64,000 bases of DNA from assembly GCA_030754595.1 (NCBI GenBank), contig JASLZZ010000079.1, positions 9,880-73,879 of the forward strand, read 5' to 3'. The position numbers were made by a program, and so were the translations under genes. The DNA is from Nitrospinota bacterium (GTDB lineage: Bacteria > UBA8248). Shown piece after piece: positions 1 to 9,750 of the stretch. Numbering within the stretch: position 1 is the first letter of the stretch; each line of letters begins with the position of its first letter. The notes under the pieces were generated by a model that did not search any database, was not told the DNA's origin, and worked only from the letters and a program-made list of their open reading frames with translations.

Positions 1-415
1 GCCTTGTCACAACCCCGACGGTAAGAATTCCGGTCTCTTTCGCGATTCGGGCCAAAACGGGTGCAGCCCCCGTTCCGGTTCCCCCACCCATACCGGCCGT
101 AACAAATAGCATGTCCAGCCCATCGATAAACTGGGAAAGTTTTTCGGTATCCTCAAGCGCCGCCTTTCGTCCGATGTCGGGATTTCCACCTGCACCAAGA
201 CCGCCGGTTAATTCATGACCGAGTTGGATTTTTCCCGATGCGAGAGACTTTTCCATCACCTGCGCGTCTGTATTTGCCACGACAAAATTCACGTCGTCCA
301 TACCGGATGCAATCATTGTGTTAACGGCGTTTCCTCCTCCTCCTCCTACGCCGATAACACATAGTTTTGCGCGGCATTCCTTGGCCTGCTCTAGTTCAAA
401 CATCAGATCGCTCAT
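1..415 (-). CDS. ftsZ: Cell division protein FtsZ (5' part, truncated by window edge)
   Basis: Hand translation from ATG 415 gives [35 protein letters not shown]...[16 protein letters not shown] upstream; follows ftsA. Missing from the ORF track because it has no stop in the window. Confidence 0.97.
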   Translation of the reverse strand, partial: MSDLMFELEQAKECRAKLCVIGVGGGGGNAVNTMIASGMDDVNFVVANTDAQVMEKSLASGKIQLGHELTGGLGAGGNPDIGRKAALEDTEKLSQFIDGLDMLFVTAGMGGGTGTGAAPVLARIAKETGILTVGVVTR

Positions 416-463
416 CGTTTTCTCCTATTCGTTTCATCACCCTATTTTCAATCCAATCCCGAA

Positions 464-1708
464 CTACTTGAATATGCTCGAAATGATCGTGCGAAATTTA
501 TCCTTTGCCCCGCGGAAAGGCTCATTCTTCGCGCCCGGAACGAACCAGCCGCTTTTATTTCTTCCGGGCATTTGCATCCCATACATAACCAGCCCAACAC
601 CCGTTGAATACATGGGACCATTGACCATATCGACAAGTCCTCCGATCCCTCCCGGGGAACCGAGCCTAACCGGTAGCTGCAGCATCTTTTCCGCCAATTC
701 CTCTGTTCCTTGCATGATGCTCGCCCCACCTGTAAGGACGACCCCCGCGGGGAGAAGGTCCTCGTGGCCGCTTTTTTGAATTTCCCGTCGAATCAGCGTG
801 AGAATTTCTTCCATGCGTGGTTCGATAATCTCGGCAAGCATTTGGCGGCTGAGCACCCGCGGCGGCCTCCCCCCCACACTGGGAACTTCGATTTCCTCTT
901 CGTAGTCCAAAATTGACGAAAGGGCACAACCGAATTCTTGTTTAATACGCTCCGCCTGATGATCCGGGGTTCGAAGACCAATCGCGATATCCCGCGTCAC
1001 ATGATTTCCGCCGATGGGGACGACCGCTGAATATTTTATTGCGCCGCTGCTGATCACGGCGACATCGGATGTCCCACTTCCGATATCCACTACCGCGACA
1101 CCCAGATCGCGCTCATCCTCGGTAAGCGCCGCTACCGATGATGCCAACGGCTGCAAGACGAGTTTTTCCACCGTAAGGCCGGCCCGTTCAACGCTCCGGG
1201 TGATGTTTTGAATTGCAGGAATGGCCCCGGTCACTACATGGACTTTGCACTCGAGCCGCACACCCGCCATTCCGATGGGCTCGGTGATTTCCTCCTGATC
1301 GTCAACGATATACTCTTGCGGAAGAACATGAAGGATTTCATGATCCGCGGCCAAGGTTACAGCCCGCCCTTGTTCGACAACGCGGTCGACATCGGCTTCC
1401 GTCACCACTTTGTTCCTGATGGCAACGATTCCATTGCTGTTGAAGCTGCGAATATGCCCTCCCGCCACTCCAACATAAGCGGTGCGAATGGGAACGCCGC
1501 TTATGAACTCAGCCTCCTCAACAGCCGAACGAATTGACTCCACCGTTTGATCGATATTGACCACGGCTCCGCGGTTAAGGCCTTTCGAAGGATGCTTCCC
1601 CAACCCGACAATTTCAAGAGAACCGCCCTCCGCAACCTCTGCCACGATGACGCAGATCTTCGACGTGCCAATGTCGAGGCCCACCAGCACATCAGATCGT
1701 TTCATCAT
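464..1708 (-). CDS. ftsA: Cell division protein FtsA
   Basis: VGLDIGTSKI, VVDIGSGT and GVVLTGG actin-like motifs; lies between ftsQ and ftsZ. Confidence 0.98.
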   Translation of the reverse strand: MMKRSDVLVGLDIGTSKICVIVAEVAEGGSLEIVGLGKHPSKGLNRGAVVNIDQTVESIRSAVEEAEFISGVPIRTAYVGVAGGHIRSFNSNGIVAIRNKVVTEADVDRVVEQGRAVTLAADHEILHVLPQEYIVDDQEEITEPIGMAGVRLECKVHVVTGAIPAIQNITRSVERAGLTVEKLVLQPLASSVAALTEDERDLGVAVVDIGSGTSDVAVISSGAIKYSAVVPIGGNHVTRDIAIGLRTPDHQAERIKQEFGCALSSILDYEEEIEVPSVGGRPPRVLSRQMLAEIIEPRMEEILTLIRREIQKSGHEDLLPAGVVLTGGASIMQGTEELAEKMLQLPVRLGSPGGIGGLVDMVNGPMYSTGVGLVMYGMQMPGRNKSGWFVPGAKNEPFRGAKDKFRTIISSIFK

Positions 1709-2616
1709 CCTTCCAACCCTCCATTTTTATTTGCCGACCGAACAATAATCCGGCCTGGAAAAGTGAGGTCCAAAAGCATGGGCGCACCAGAGGGAATTTT
1801 CCCTTTGAAAATTCGCATGGCCACTGCATGAAACCGAGCGGCTTGGGCCTCTAGTTTTTCTCCACCCACCAGCAATTCAGCTTTTCCCTCCATTATCCTA
1901 ATTCTAAGGCGGCCGTTTTTAGCCGGGCTGATATTCAAGCACTTCTCCCGATTAAAAGAAGCGCCTGAATAAAGTGAGGCCGCAATCACTGCGGTACTAA
2001 AACTCGAATTTTCGATGCGGTCCCCCGGCCGGGCTCTTTTTTCGGAGAATCCTTCCAAGACGGGCAGACAACCAGCGGTTTTGGGGGGAAGCGAACCGAG
2101 AATTACTCCTTCCAGGTCAACCGCAACACCGGTTTCGTTATTAACAAGAGCAATCGGTTTGCGTTCTTCAATTTCTATTCGAAGCGTATTGGGAGGAGAC
2201 TTCCGTACACTCGATCGCCGAACCCAGGGATTTGAATCTATCCGGCGGCGAATCTTTTCCAAGTCGAACTCGAAGATATTTTTCCCGGACTTCAGTCCGG
2301 CAAGCTGGACAATGGCTTTGGGTGCCAATATTTGATGCCCCACAACCTTCACCTCGCCGAGCACGAATCGGGGGCTTGTCATCATCCAACGGACGGCATG
2401 CGCGCCCAGTAAAAGAACCTCGCCAAAAACCAGAACTCCGATAGCAGGCCAAAGCCAATTACGCATAGCGATAGACAGGGGTCTTTTCCGGGAATAATGT
2501 TTTTTCCGGCCACGAGAATATTTTTCAGCTTTAGCGGTCAATCTACCCATACCCGCTTTCCCTCTATCCCCAACTTTCCTGTTGGATGAGACCGACCCGG
2601 ATACAGAGGGAATCAT
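1705..2616 (-). CDS. ftsQ: Cell division protein FtsQ/DivIB
   Basis: Basic N-terminus, one TM segment, POTRA-like NPWVRRSSVRKSPPNTLRIEIEERKPIA; dcw position. Start uncertain. Confidence 0.9.
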   Translation of the reverse strand: MIPSVSGSVSSNRKVGDRGKAGMGRLTAKAEKYSRGRKKHYSRKRPLSIAMRNWLWPAIGVLVFGEVLLLGAHAVRWMMTSPRFVLGEVKVVGHQILAPKAIVQLAGLKSGKNIFEFDLEKIRRRIDSNPWVRRSSVRKSPPNTLRIEIEERKPIALVNNETGVAVDLEGVILGSLPPKTAGCLPVLEGFSEKRARPGDRIENSSFSTAVIAASLYSGASFNREKCLNISPAKNGRLRIRIMEGKAELLVGGEKLEAQAARFHAVAMRIFKGKIPSGAPMLLDLTFPGRIIVRSANKNGGLEG

Positions 2617-3566
2617 ATGGCCTCATCTCCAATTACCTTGAGTTCCAACTTGAGATCGGTGTGGATTTTCCTTTCAACTTCCGCCCGAATCTCATCAATC
2701 AAAGAAAGCACATCCGCCGCCTTCGCTCCTCCGCGATTCACGATAAAATTTCCATGGACTTTGCTCACCTCGGCGCCTCCGATTCGGCGTCCTTTGAGTC
2801 CGGCGGATTCGATGAGCCGTCCCGCAAAATCGCCAGCAGGATTCCGAAAAATCGAACCGGCGCAGGGCATTCCCCAGGGCTGGCGCTCCCGGCGCGCCTT
2901 GGCATCGATTTGCAGAAGGGTGCGTAGTTTTTCCGAATCCTCCCTGGCCACACTGAAACAAACGCCAGCAACAATTCCAGGCTCGGGGAAAAGAGCGTTT
3001 CGGTAACTAAACCGAATTTCTCCGGCCGAAAGTCTCTCCACCCCGCCTCGTGAAAACCGAATCCAGCGGATTCTTTCAACTGAATCCCCGATGAATTCTT
3101 TTCCGGTCCCCGCGTTCATGGCCAACGCACCGCCCACAGTGCCGGGGACCCCCGACAGGCACTCCAAACCTCCCCACCCACCGACAGCGGCAAAGCGGAC
3201 GAGTGCGGGAATCTTCACCCCCGCTCCAGACTCGATTTGGGTAATATCCCCGGGTTCGTCCCGCAGTTTTATTTGGCGAAATCCCCTCGAGAGAGAAATC
3301 ACGACCCCGCGCACTCCTCCGTCGCGTACCAGGGTATTCGCCCCTCCACCGAGCACAGTCGAGCCCAGCCCCTCCGAGCGGCACCTTTCGACTAGTTCCT
3401 CGAGCTCGCTCTCGTCCCTGGGCAGCGCGAGAACATCGGCCGGGCCTCCCACCTGAAAAGTGGTATAGGCCGATAACGGTTCACCGAACCGTAGCTCACA
3501 CCCCAATCCGTCGAGTCTCTCCTTCAGATCGGATGTCACCGCTCCCTCCATAAGGATTGCGCTCAC
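2613..3566 (-). CDS. murB: UDP-N-acetylmuramate dehydrogenase
   Basis: YTTFQVGGPA, VPGTVGGALAMNAG, AGSIFRNP and HGNFIVN motifs. Confidence 0.97.
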   Translation of the reverse strand: MSAILMEGAVTSDLKERLDGLGCELRFGEPLSAYTTFQVGGPADVLALPRDESELEELVERCRSEGLGSTVLGGGANTLVRDGGVRGVVISLSRGFRQIKLRDEPGDITQIESGAGVKIPALVRFAAVGGWGGLECLSGVPGTVGGALAMNAGTGKEFIGDSVERIRWIRFSRGGVERLSAGEIRFSYRNALFPEPGIVAGVCFSVAREDSEKLRTLLQIDAKARRERQPWGMPCAGSIFRNPAGDFAGRLIESAGLKGRRIGGAEVSKVHGNFIVNRGGAKAADVLSLIDEIRAEVERKIHTDLKLELKVIGDEAI

Positions 3567-4993
3567 CCAGCGTCCTCCGCCCGGTTTACGCTTCCTTCAA
3601 GCAAATCAAATAATTCGTGCCCTACTTTCCAAATATCTCCAGCCCCTAAAGTGAGGACCAGGTCTCCCGGCTTAATCACCGAGCGGAGGCGACGAACACC
3701 ATCCACAAAGTCGCTCACTTCCTCGCAAAACTTATGTCCGTGAGCACGAACCCCTTCGGCGATATTCCTCGAATCGACGCCCTCGATTGCCTCTTCTCCC
3801 GCGGCGTAAATCGGCGCCAGAAAAAGAGCGTCCGAGTCGTAGAACGCGGTATGAAAGAGTTCCCCGAGCTGCTCGGTGCGCGAGTAGCGGTGAGGTTGAA
3901 AAATGACGACGATTCGCCTATTGGGCCACGCCTCCCGAGTGGCGCGGAGCGTCACCCGAACCTCCTGAGGGTGGTGCCCGTAATCGTCCATGAAGATCAC
4001 CCCGCCGGCCTCTCCCACATGCTCGAAACGACGGCCAATGCCCGCGAACTCATGGAGACCCTGTTGAATCGCATCGAACGAAACGTCGAGTTCGCTCGCC
4101 ACCGCAACGGCGGCCAGCGCATTTTCCGCGTTGTGGCGGCCGGGAATAGCGAGCTGTATTTCTCCTATTTCCCGTCCGTGGTGCCGCACGGTGAAAACCG
4201 CCCCCCCATTTTCATAGCGGTAATTTTCCCCGACATAGTCGGCCTGACCTCCAAACCCGTAGGTGTAGAACCTCTTTCCCACCCGGGGAATAATTTCCTG
4301 GATGGTCGGATGATCCAGACAGAGAACAGAAAACCCGTAAAACGGGACTTTATTGATAAACTCGAGGAACGCGCCCTTGAGCGATTCGAAGTCGCCGTAG
4401 AAATCCAGGTGCTCAAGGTCAATGTTCGTTACCACCGCTATCGAGGGAAGCAAATTCAGAAACGTCCCGTCGCTCTCGTCCGCCTCGGCAACAAGATATT
4501 CTCCCGTACCGAGCCTCGCGTTGGCTCCGAAAGCGTTGATCCGTCCCCCGACCACCACCGTCGGGTCGAGATTTGCCGCCGCGAGGACGGACGCCACCAA
4601 CGAGGTCGTTGTCGTTTTTCCGTGTGTCCCGGCGACCGCAACGCTGTATTTCATCCGCATCAACTCAGTCAACATTTCCGCCCTGCGAATTACGGGAATC
4701 TTTCTATTGAGCGCCTCGGTCACTTCCGGGTTATCGCCCGTCACCGCCGAGCTATAGACAACGACATCGACCCCTTCGACATTTGTCGGGTAATGCCCCA
4801 CCATCACCCGAGCGCCAAGACCCTTAAGCCGGAAAATCACCTCGCTTTGCGCCAGGTCCGAACCGCTCACCTCGTAGCCGAGATTAATGAGCACTTCGGC
4901 GATTCCGCACATCCCGGTCCCACCGATTCCGACAAAGTGAATTCGCCTCGAATGCCGGAGCATCGGATGCGACTGAGAACCCAGCTTGATCAT
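3563..4993 (-). CDS. murC: UDP-N-acetylmuramate--L-alanine ligase
   Basis: IHFVGIGGTGM, AGTHGKTTT, EADESD, DDYGHHP and FQPHRYSRT. Start set at ATG 4993, downstream of the murG stop. Confidence 0.97.
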   Translation of the reverse strand: MIKLGSQSHPMLRHSRRIHFVGIGGTGMCGIAEVLINLGYEVSGSDLAQSEVIFRLKGLGARVMVGHYPTNVEGVDVVVYSSAVTGDNPEVTEALNRKIPVIRRAEMLTELMRMKYSVAVAGTHGKTTTTSLVASVLAAANLDPTVVVGGRINAFGANARLGTGEYLVAEADESDGTFLNLLPSIAVVTNIDLEHLDFYGDFESLKGAFLEFINKVPFYGFSVLCLDHPTIQEIIPRVGKRFYTYGFGGQADYVGENYRYENGGAVFTVRHHGREIGEIQLAIPGRHNAENALAAVAVASELDVSFDAIQQGLHEFAGIGRRFEHVGEAGGVIFMDDYGHHPQEVRVTLRATREAWPNRRIVVIFQPHRYSRTEQLGELFHTAFYDSDALFLAPIYAAGEEAIEGVDSRNIAEGVRAHGHKFCEEVSDFVDGVRRLRSVIKPGDLVLTLGAGDIWKVGHELFDLLEGSVNRAEDAG

Positions 4994-5007
4994 TTTTTCA
5001 ACTCTCC

Positions 5008-6102
5008 TTAAGCCGCCCGGGCCGTTTCCCGGCACAGGGTGGCGACATCATTCGCTGCATTCCTGTGAGCGGGCATCCAGGCCTTTTTCGACATTTCAAT
5101 CAGACAGCCCCGATCGGCGTTCATCTCCCGGAGAAACTCCGCCAACGACTTTCCGGTCAAATCCCGCTGAAGAACCATCCGGGCCGCGCCCTTGTCGACT
5201 AGCTGACGCGCGTTCGCCTCTTGATGTCCATGCGTGGCGATTGGAAGCGGAACCAGGAAGGATGGCAAACCCATCGCCGTTACCTCTCCCACCGTCATCG
5301 CCCCGGATCGGGCCACCACCAGATGCGCCCACCGGTACCGCTCGGCCATGTCGTAAAGGAACGGAACCACCTCACCTTTAACGCTTGCTCCTTGATACGC
5401 CTCACGAATTCGCTCGAGATCGCCCTCTCCCGTTTGATGGACAAATTCGATGTCGCCCGCTATCTCCTCAAGATGACCCAACGCCTCGGCCACGGCGGTG
5501 TTTATCGCCTTGGCACCCTGGGAGCCTCCGAACACGAGAACCCTGAGCGGTCCCTCCCAAAAAGAGTCTTGCCGGGGGGCCGCCATTGTAATTTCCTCCC
5601 GAAGTGGCATCCCCGTTTCGACGACCTTCTCTTGCGAGAAATATTTCGTCGCGACCGGGAGACAGGTGGCCACCTTTTCGGCGAACCCCGAGAGGAAACG
5701 ATTAGCTGCTCCAGGCATCACATTCTGCTCGAGGAGAACGATAGGCCGTCTCCTCAACCAGGAGGCCATCACGGTGGGCGCACTGGCGTAACCGCCCACG
5801 CCCAGAACGATGTTCGGCCTGAAGCGGCCGATGATGCCCATCGACTGAATAACCCCCCGGGTCATCATGAATACGGCCTTCACTTTCTGATAAAAAGAGC
5901 GTCCCACGAGTCCCTCCGCCGGTATCGTTTCAAGCGGCAACTTCTCCACGGGCAGTACGCGGGCTTCAATCCCCCTGCTCGTACCCACGAACAGAACACG
6001 GTATTCGGGACTCTGCGCCAGCCAGGCCCGGGCAACGGCGATTCCCGGATAAAGATGACCGCCCGTTCCGCCGCCCGCGATCAACAATCGCATCTCGCTC
6101 AT
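5008..6102 (-). CDS. murG: Lipid II GlcNAc transferase MurG
   Basis: GGGTGGHLYP, GGSQGA, RSGAMTVGE and HQEANA. ATG 6102 overlaps the ftsW stop (ATGA). Confidence 0.97.
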   Translation of the reverse strand: MSEMRLLIAGGGTGGHLYPGIAVARAWLAQSPEYRVLFVGTSRGIEARVLPVEKLPLETIPAEGLVGRSFYQKVKAVFMMTRGVIQSMGIIGRFRPNIVLGVGGYASAPTVMASWLRRRPIVLLEQNVMPGAANRFLSGFAEKVATCLPVATKYFSQEKVVETGMPLREEITMAAPRQDSFWEGPLRVLVFGGSQGAKAINTAVAEALGHLEEIAGDIEFVHQTGEGDLERIREAYQGASVKGEVVPFLYDMAERYRWAHLVVARSGAMTVGEVTAMGLPSFLVPLPIATHGHQEANARQLVDKGAARMVLQRDLTGKSLAEFLREMNADRGCLIEMSKKAWMPAHRNAANDVATLCRETARAA

Positions 6103-7274
6103 CCCCCTTTGCCGGAGGGCCAACCGAATAGGAGCTCCGGCCCTTTTGCAGCGTCCTTGCGAGGCTCCTGCTTCGGCTCAGACACCGTTTCCCTGGCCGC
6201 CACGGACAGCAGAAGGCCGAGAGAAGCAAGCGTCATAACGAGCGAGCTTCCGCCCAGACTGACCAAAGGAAGGGGAACCCCCGTCGTGGGAACCAGCCCC
6301 ACCGCAACAGCCATGTTGAGTAGACCCTGAATGACGATAACCAGCGTCACCCCAGCGGAAAGGAGCCCCGAGAATGAGTCCGGGCATCGCGCCGCCACAC
6401 CAAGCCCCCGGTAGAGAATGACCGCGAATACGGCGGCAACGGCTAATCCGCCGATAAGCCCGAGTTCCTCCCCCACGACCGCGTAAATGAAATCCGTGTG
6501 AGGCTCGGGCAGATAAAATAGTTTTTGCTTTCCTTCGCCAAGCCCCGTTCCCGAAATTCCCCCCCGGGCCATGGCCAGGAGAGATTGAACGAGTTGATAG
6601 CCGGCGTTTTGAGCGGATGAAAAGGGATCCAGGAATGCTAGGATCCGTTGTTTTCGCCAGGGAACGGTAAAAATCATCCCGTAGAGAACCGGCGAAACCA
6701 ATACGGCGCAGCTCCCAAGGTGCCACCACCTCGCGCCCGCCATGAAGAGCAACATTCCGACGACGGTGGCGATCAAAATCGCCGTCCCCAGATCGGGCTG
6801 AGCAAGGACCAACACGAGCACCAGACCCGTGAACACCACCGGCGGAAGAAAACCGAATTTTAAATTTCCGATGCGCTCCCCCTTGACGGCAAGAAAATGC
6901 GCCAGAAAAAAAACAAGTCCGAACTTAGCGAATTCAGTCGGCTGAAAAGTTACCGGCCCCATCGCTATCCACCGCCGGGCCCCCCCCGCTTCTTTTCCGA
7001 GACCGGGAACAAATACTATCAGCAGCCCTACAACCGAGAGCACAAAGACGGGGAACGCCAGCCACCTGAGTCTTCGAACGTCCATCCTTGCAAAAAGGAG
7101 CATCAGACCCACCCCGATTCCCGCCCACATGACGTGGCGCTTCACGAAATGGTATTGATCCCCGTGACGATCCAGGCCAAGAATATTGGTCGTGCTGTAG
7201 ATCATGACGATCCCGAAAGCCATGAGGCCAACGGCACAGGAAAAAATGACAAGGTCGATTCCGCTCCGGTTCAT
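6099..7274 (-). CDS. ftsW: Peptidoglycan polymerase FtsW (SEDS family)
   Basis: GARRWI, FQPTEFAK, QPDLGT, LPEPHTDFI and GGSS; multi-TM. Confidence 0.97.
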   Translation of the reverse strand: MNRSGIDLVIFSCAVGLMAFGIVMIYSTTNILGLDRHGDQYHFVKRHVMWAGIGVGLMLLFARMDVRRLRWLAFPVFVLSVVGLLIVFVPGLGKEAGGARRWIAMGPVTFQPTEFAKFGLVFFLAHFLAVKGERIGNLKFGFLPPVVFTGLVLVLVLAQPDLGTAILIATVVGMLLFMAGARWWHLGSCAVLVSPVLYGMIFTVPWRKQRILAFLDPFSSAQNAGYQLVQSLLAMARGGISGTGLGEGKQKLFYLPEPHTDFIYAVVGEELGLIGGLAVAAVFAVILYRGLGVAARCPDSFSGLLSAGVTLVIVIQGLLNMAVAVGLVPTTGVPLPLVSLGGSSLVMTLASLGLLLSVAARETVSEPKQEPRKDAAKGPELLFGWPSGKGG

Positions 7275-8668
7275 GATTCCACCTCTCCTGAAACGGCCTT
7301 GGCGAACTCGCGAAATACATCGCCGCGATGTTCGAAATCCCTAAACTGATCGAAACTCGAGCACGCAGGAGAGAGCAGAACGGTTTCGCCCGTCCGGACT
7401 TCCACGGCGGCCCGACGCACCGCTTCGCCCAGCGTGCCGGAGCGTTCCACGGGGACCGCGCTTTCAAAAAAAGCGGCGAACCGATCGGCCGCCTCCCCTA
7501 TCAGGAACATTTTCCGCACTCGCTCCCGCATGGGTCCCAGAAGGGGTGAGAGATCACCTCCTTTGTCCGTCCCACCCGCGATGAGCAAAACACCGCCCTC
7601 GACACTCATCAGGCTCATCGTCGTCGCACCGACGTTTGTTCCCTTCGAGTCGTTTATCCACGTCACACCGCCGGACCTCGAAACGATCTCCATCCGATGC
7701 GGCAACCCCTCGAACTTCCGGGCTAGGCGGACCATATCCTCGACACCCACTCCCAAAAACCGCGCGGCTGCGCAGGCCGCGAGGAAATTTTCAAGGTTGT
7801 GAACTCCCGGGACCGAAAGGTCATCGACCGCGCACACTCGCTCCGGCTCTCCGCCCATGAGGATGTAGATTTCTCCCTTTTCGGCCCAGGCGCCCTGCCG
7901 GTGGGCCGCTTTCCGGCTGAATGAAAACGCTTGCTGGATCCCCCAGCCGAGATAACGGGCAGTGAGGGGATCGTCTCCGTTCACCACCTTGGCGTCTTCC
8001 GGGCCCTGGTTTGAAAATAGGCGGGCCTTCAGCGCCGCGTACTCGCCCAGATCGGAATGGCGATCGAGATGGTCGGGAGTGATGTTCGTCATGACCGCCA
8101 CTCGGGGCCGCAGCGTAGGCGACCATTCGAGTTGGAAACTGCTCACCTCGCACACAAATATATCGGCCTGGTCTCCTTCCTCTTCGACCATTTCGGTCAT
8201 CGGCCTGCCGATGTTTCCTCCAGCGGGAGCCTTGATGCCCGCTTCATTCAGAATGCCGCTCAGCATGGCGGTCGTTGTCGTCTTCCCGTTCGTACCCGTG
8301 ACAGCGGCGATGGGAGCCGAGGTCAACCGGGAGGCAAGTTCGATCTCCGTGATCACCTCGGCTCCTCCTTCGAGCGCGGCGGCGATAAATGGATCCGTCG
8401 CCGGAATACCCGGGCTCACGACGAGGAGGTCGCACCCGCGAAACGTCTCCTCGCTGTGGCCACCCAATTCGAGAGCGACTCCCGGAGGAAGCTCCTCGGC
8501 CAAACCGATGGGCTCATTCATATCGGTCGCCACCACCTTCGCCCCCCTTCTTGCCAGGGCCGCCGCCGCCGCCCGCCCCGTCCGGGCCATTCCCATGACA
8601 ACGGCGCGGCGGGATGGAATTTCCTCGGCCCATATTCGAGACCCCTGAGCAAGCACGGCGCTAGTCAT
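7271..8668 (-). CDS. murD: UDP-MurNAc-L-Ala--D-glutamate ligase
   Basis: SPGIP, TGTNGKTTT, EVSSFQL, NDSKGTN and SPACSSFDQF. ATG 8668 overlaps the mraY stop; the longer track ORF runs into mraY. Confidence 0.97.
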   Translation of the reverse strand: MTSAVLAQGSRIWAEEIPSRRAVVMGMARTGRAAAAALARRGAKVVATDMNEPIGLAEELPPGVALELGGHSEETFRGCDLLVVSPGIPATDPFIAAALEGGAEVITEIELASRLTSAPIAAVTGTNGKTTTTAMLSGILNEAGIKAPAGGNIGRPMTEMVEEEGDQADIFVCEVSSFQLEWSPTLRPRVAVMTNITPDHLDRHSDLGEYAALKARLFSNQGPEDAKVVNGDDPLTARYLGWGIQQAFSFSRKAAHRQGAWAEKGEIYILMGGEPERVCAVDDLSVPGVHNLENFLAACAAARFLGVGVEDMVRLARKFEGLPHRMEIVSRSGGVTWINDSKGTNVGATTMSLMSVEGGVLLIAGGTDKGGDLSPLLGPMRERVRKMFLIGEAADRFAAFFESAVPVERSGTLGEAVRRAAVEVRTGETVLLSPACSSFDQFRDFEHRGDVFREFAKAVSGEVES

Positions 8669-9750
8669 CTTAATTTCAGCGTGCTCAAGCTCAGCAGCGC
8701 CAAAACTACCGCGACTATCCAGAAACGCACGATCACCTTCGGCTCGGACCACCCCTTCTCCTCGAAGTGGTGATGAAGCGGTGCCATGCGGAAAACTCGT
8801 TGGCCCGTGGTCTTGAAGGAGGTCACTTGGACAATGACCGAAAGCGCTTCGAGAACGAACAATCCGCCCACCAGAAAGAGCAGAATTTCCTGCTTGATGG
8901 ATAGGGCGATGGCGGCCAGCGCCGCGCCCAGGGGCAAGGCGCCCACATCGCCCATGAAAATCTGCGCCGGGTAGGCGTTGAACCACAAAAACCCCAACCC
9001 CGCGCCGAACAGCGCACCACACACGATGGCGAGCTCGCCCACTCCGCGAACCGGCAGTACGAGCAAATAACGGGAGATCACCGCATGCCCCGCGACATAG
9101 CTAAAAACGAGATAAGCCCCGGCCGCCACGATAAAGGGACCGATAGCCAGGCCGTCGAGCCCGTCGGTGAGGTTGACGGCATTGCTCGTGGCCACGATCA
9201 CAAGAGCCGCATAGGGCACATACCAGAAGCCGATATCGGGCTGAAGGTTCTTGAAAAAGGGAAACATCACCACGGACGGAAACGAAGGCTCGACCCCACC
9301 GCTGTAAAGCGCATAACCCGCGATAAGACCGATGAGGCCTTGAATCACGAACTTGCGCAGGGGAGTGACCCCCTTTTTATCCTTGAGAATGACCTTGCGA
9401 TAATCGTCCGCGAAACCGAGACAACCGAATGCGGCCAGGACGAATAAAACCAACCAGACGAAACGGTTGCTGAGATCATTCCAAAGAAAAACACACAAGA
9501 TAGAACTGAAGAGAATCAACAACCCGCCCATCGTAGGGGTTCCGGCCTTGGAAAAATGGCTTTGAGGGCCGTCGTCCCGTATCTCCTCTCCGATCTGGCG
9601 CCGCTTGAGTATCCGGATCAGGACCGGTCCGAGCACAAGGCATAAAACCATGCCGAACATGACAGACACCGCCGCCCGAAAGGTGATGAATCTAAAGACG
9701 CTGAAGGCCGAAACCCATTCGCTTAGATAGACCGTGAATTCATAGAGCAT
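8665..9750 (-). CDS. mraY: Phospho-MurNAc-pentapeptide transferase
   Basis: KAGTPTMGG, DDY, SNAVNLTDGLDGLA, FMGDVG and MAPLHHHFE. ATG 9750 overlaps the murF stop. Confidence 0.98.
   Translation of the reverse strand: MLYEFTVYLSEWVSAFSVFRFITFRAAVSVMFGMVLCLVLGPVLIRILKRRQIGEEIRDDGPQSHFSKAGTPTMGGLLILFSSILCVFLWNDLSNRFVWLVLFVLAAFGCLGFADDYRKVILKDKKGVTPLRKFVIQGLIGLIAGYALYSGGVEPSFPSVVMFPFFKNLQPDIGFWYVPYAALVIVATSNAVNLTDGLDGLAIGPFIVAAGAYLVFSYVAGHAVISRYLLVLPVRGVGELAIVCGALFGAGLGFLWFNAYPAQIFMGDVGALPLGAALAAIALSIKQEILLFLVGGLFVLEALSVIVQVTSFKTTGQRVFRMAPLHHHFEEKGWSEPKVIVRFWIVAVVLALLSLSTLKLR

Noticed and set aside
8669..9022. Apparent N-terminal extensions of MurD (also FolC, MutS2, HisA, RpmE, LspA in the track)
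   Set aside because: They result from longest-ORF calling; better starts with an RBS or stop/start overlap lie downstream.
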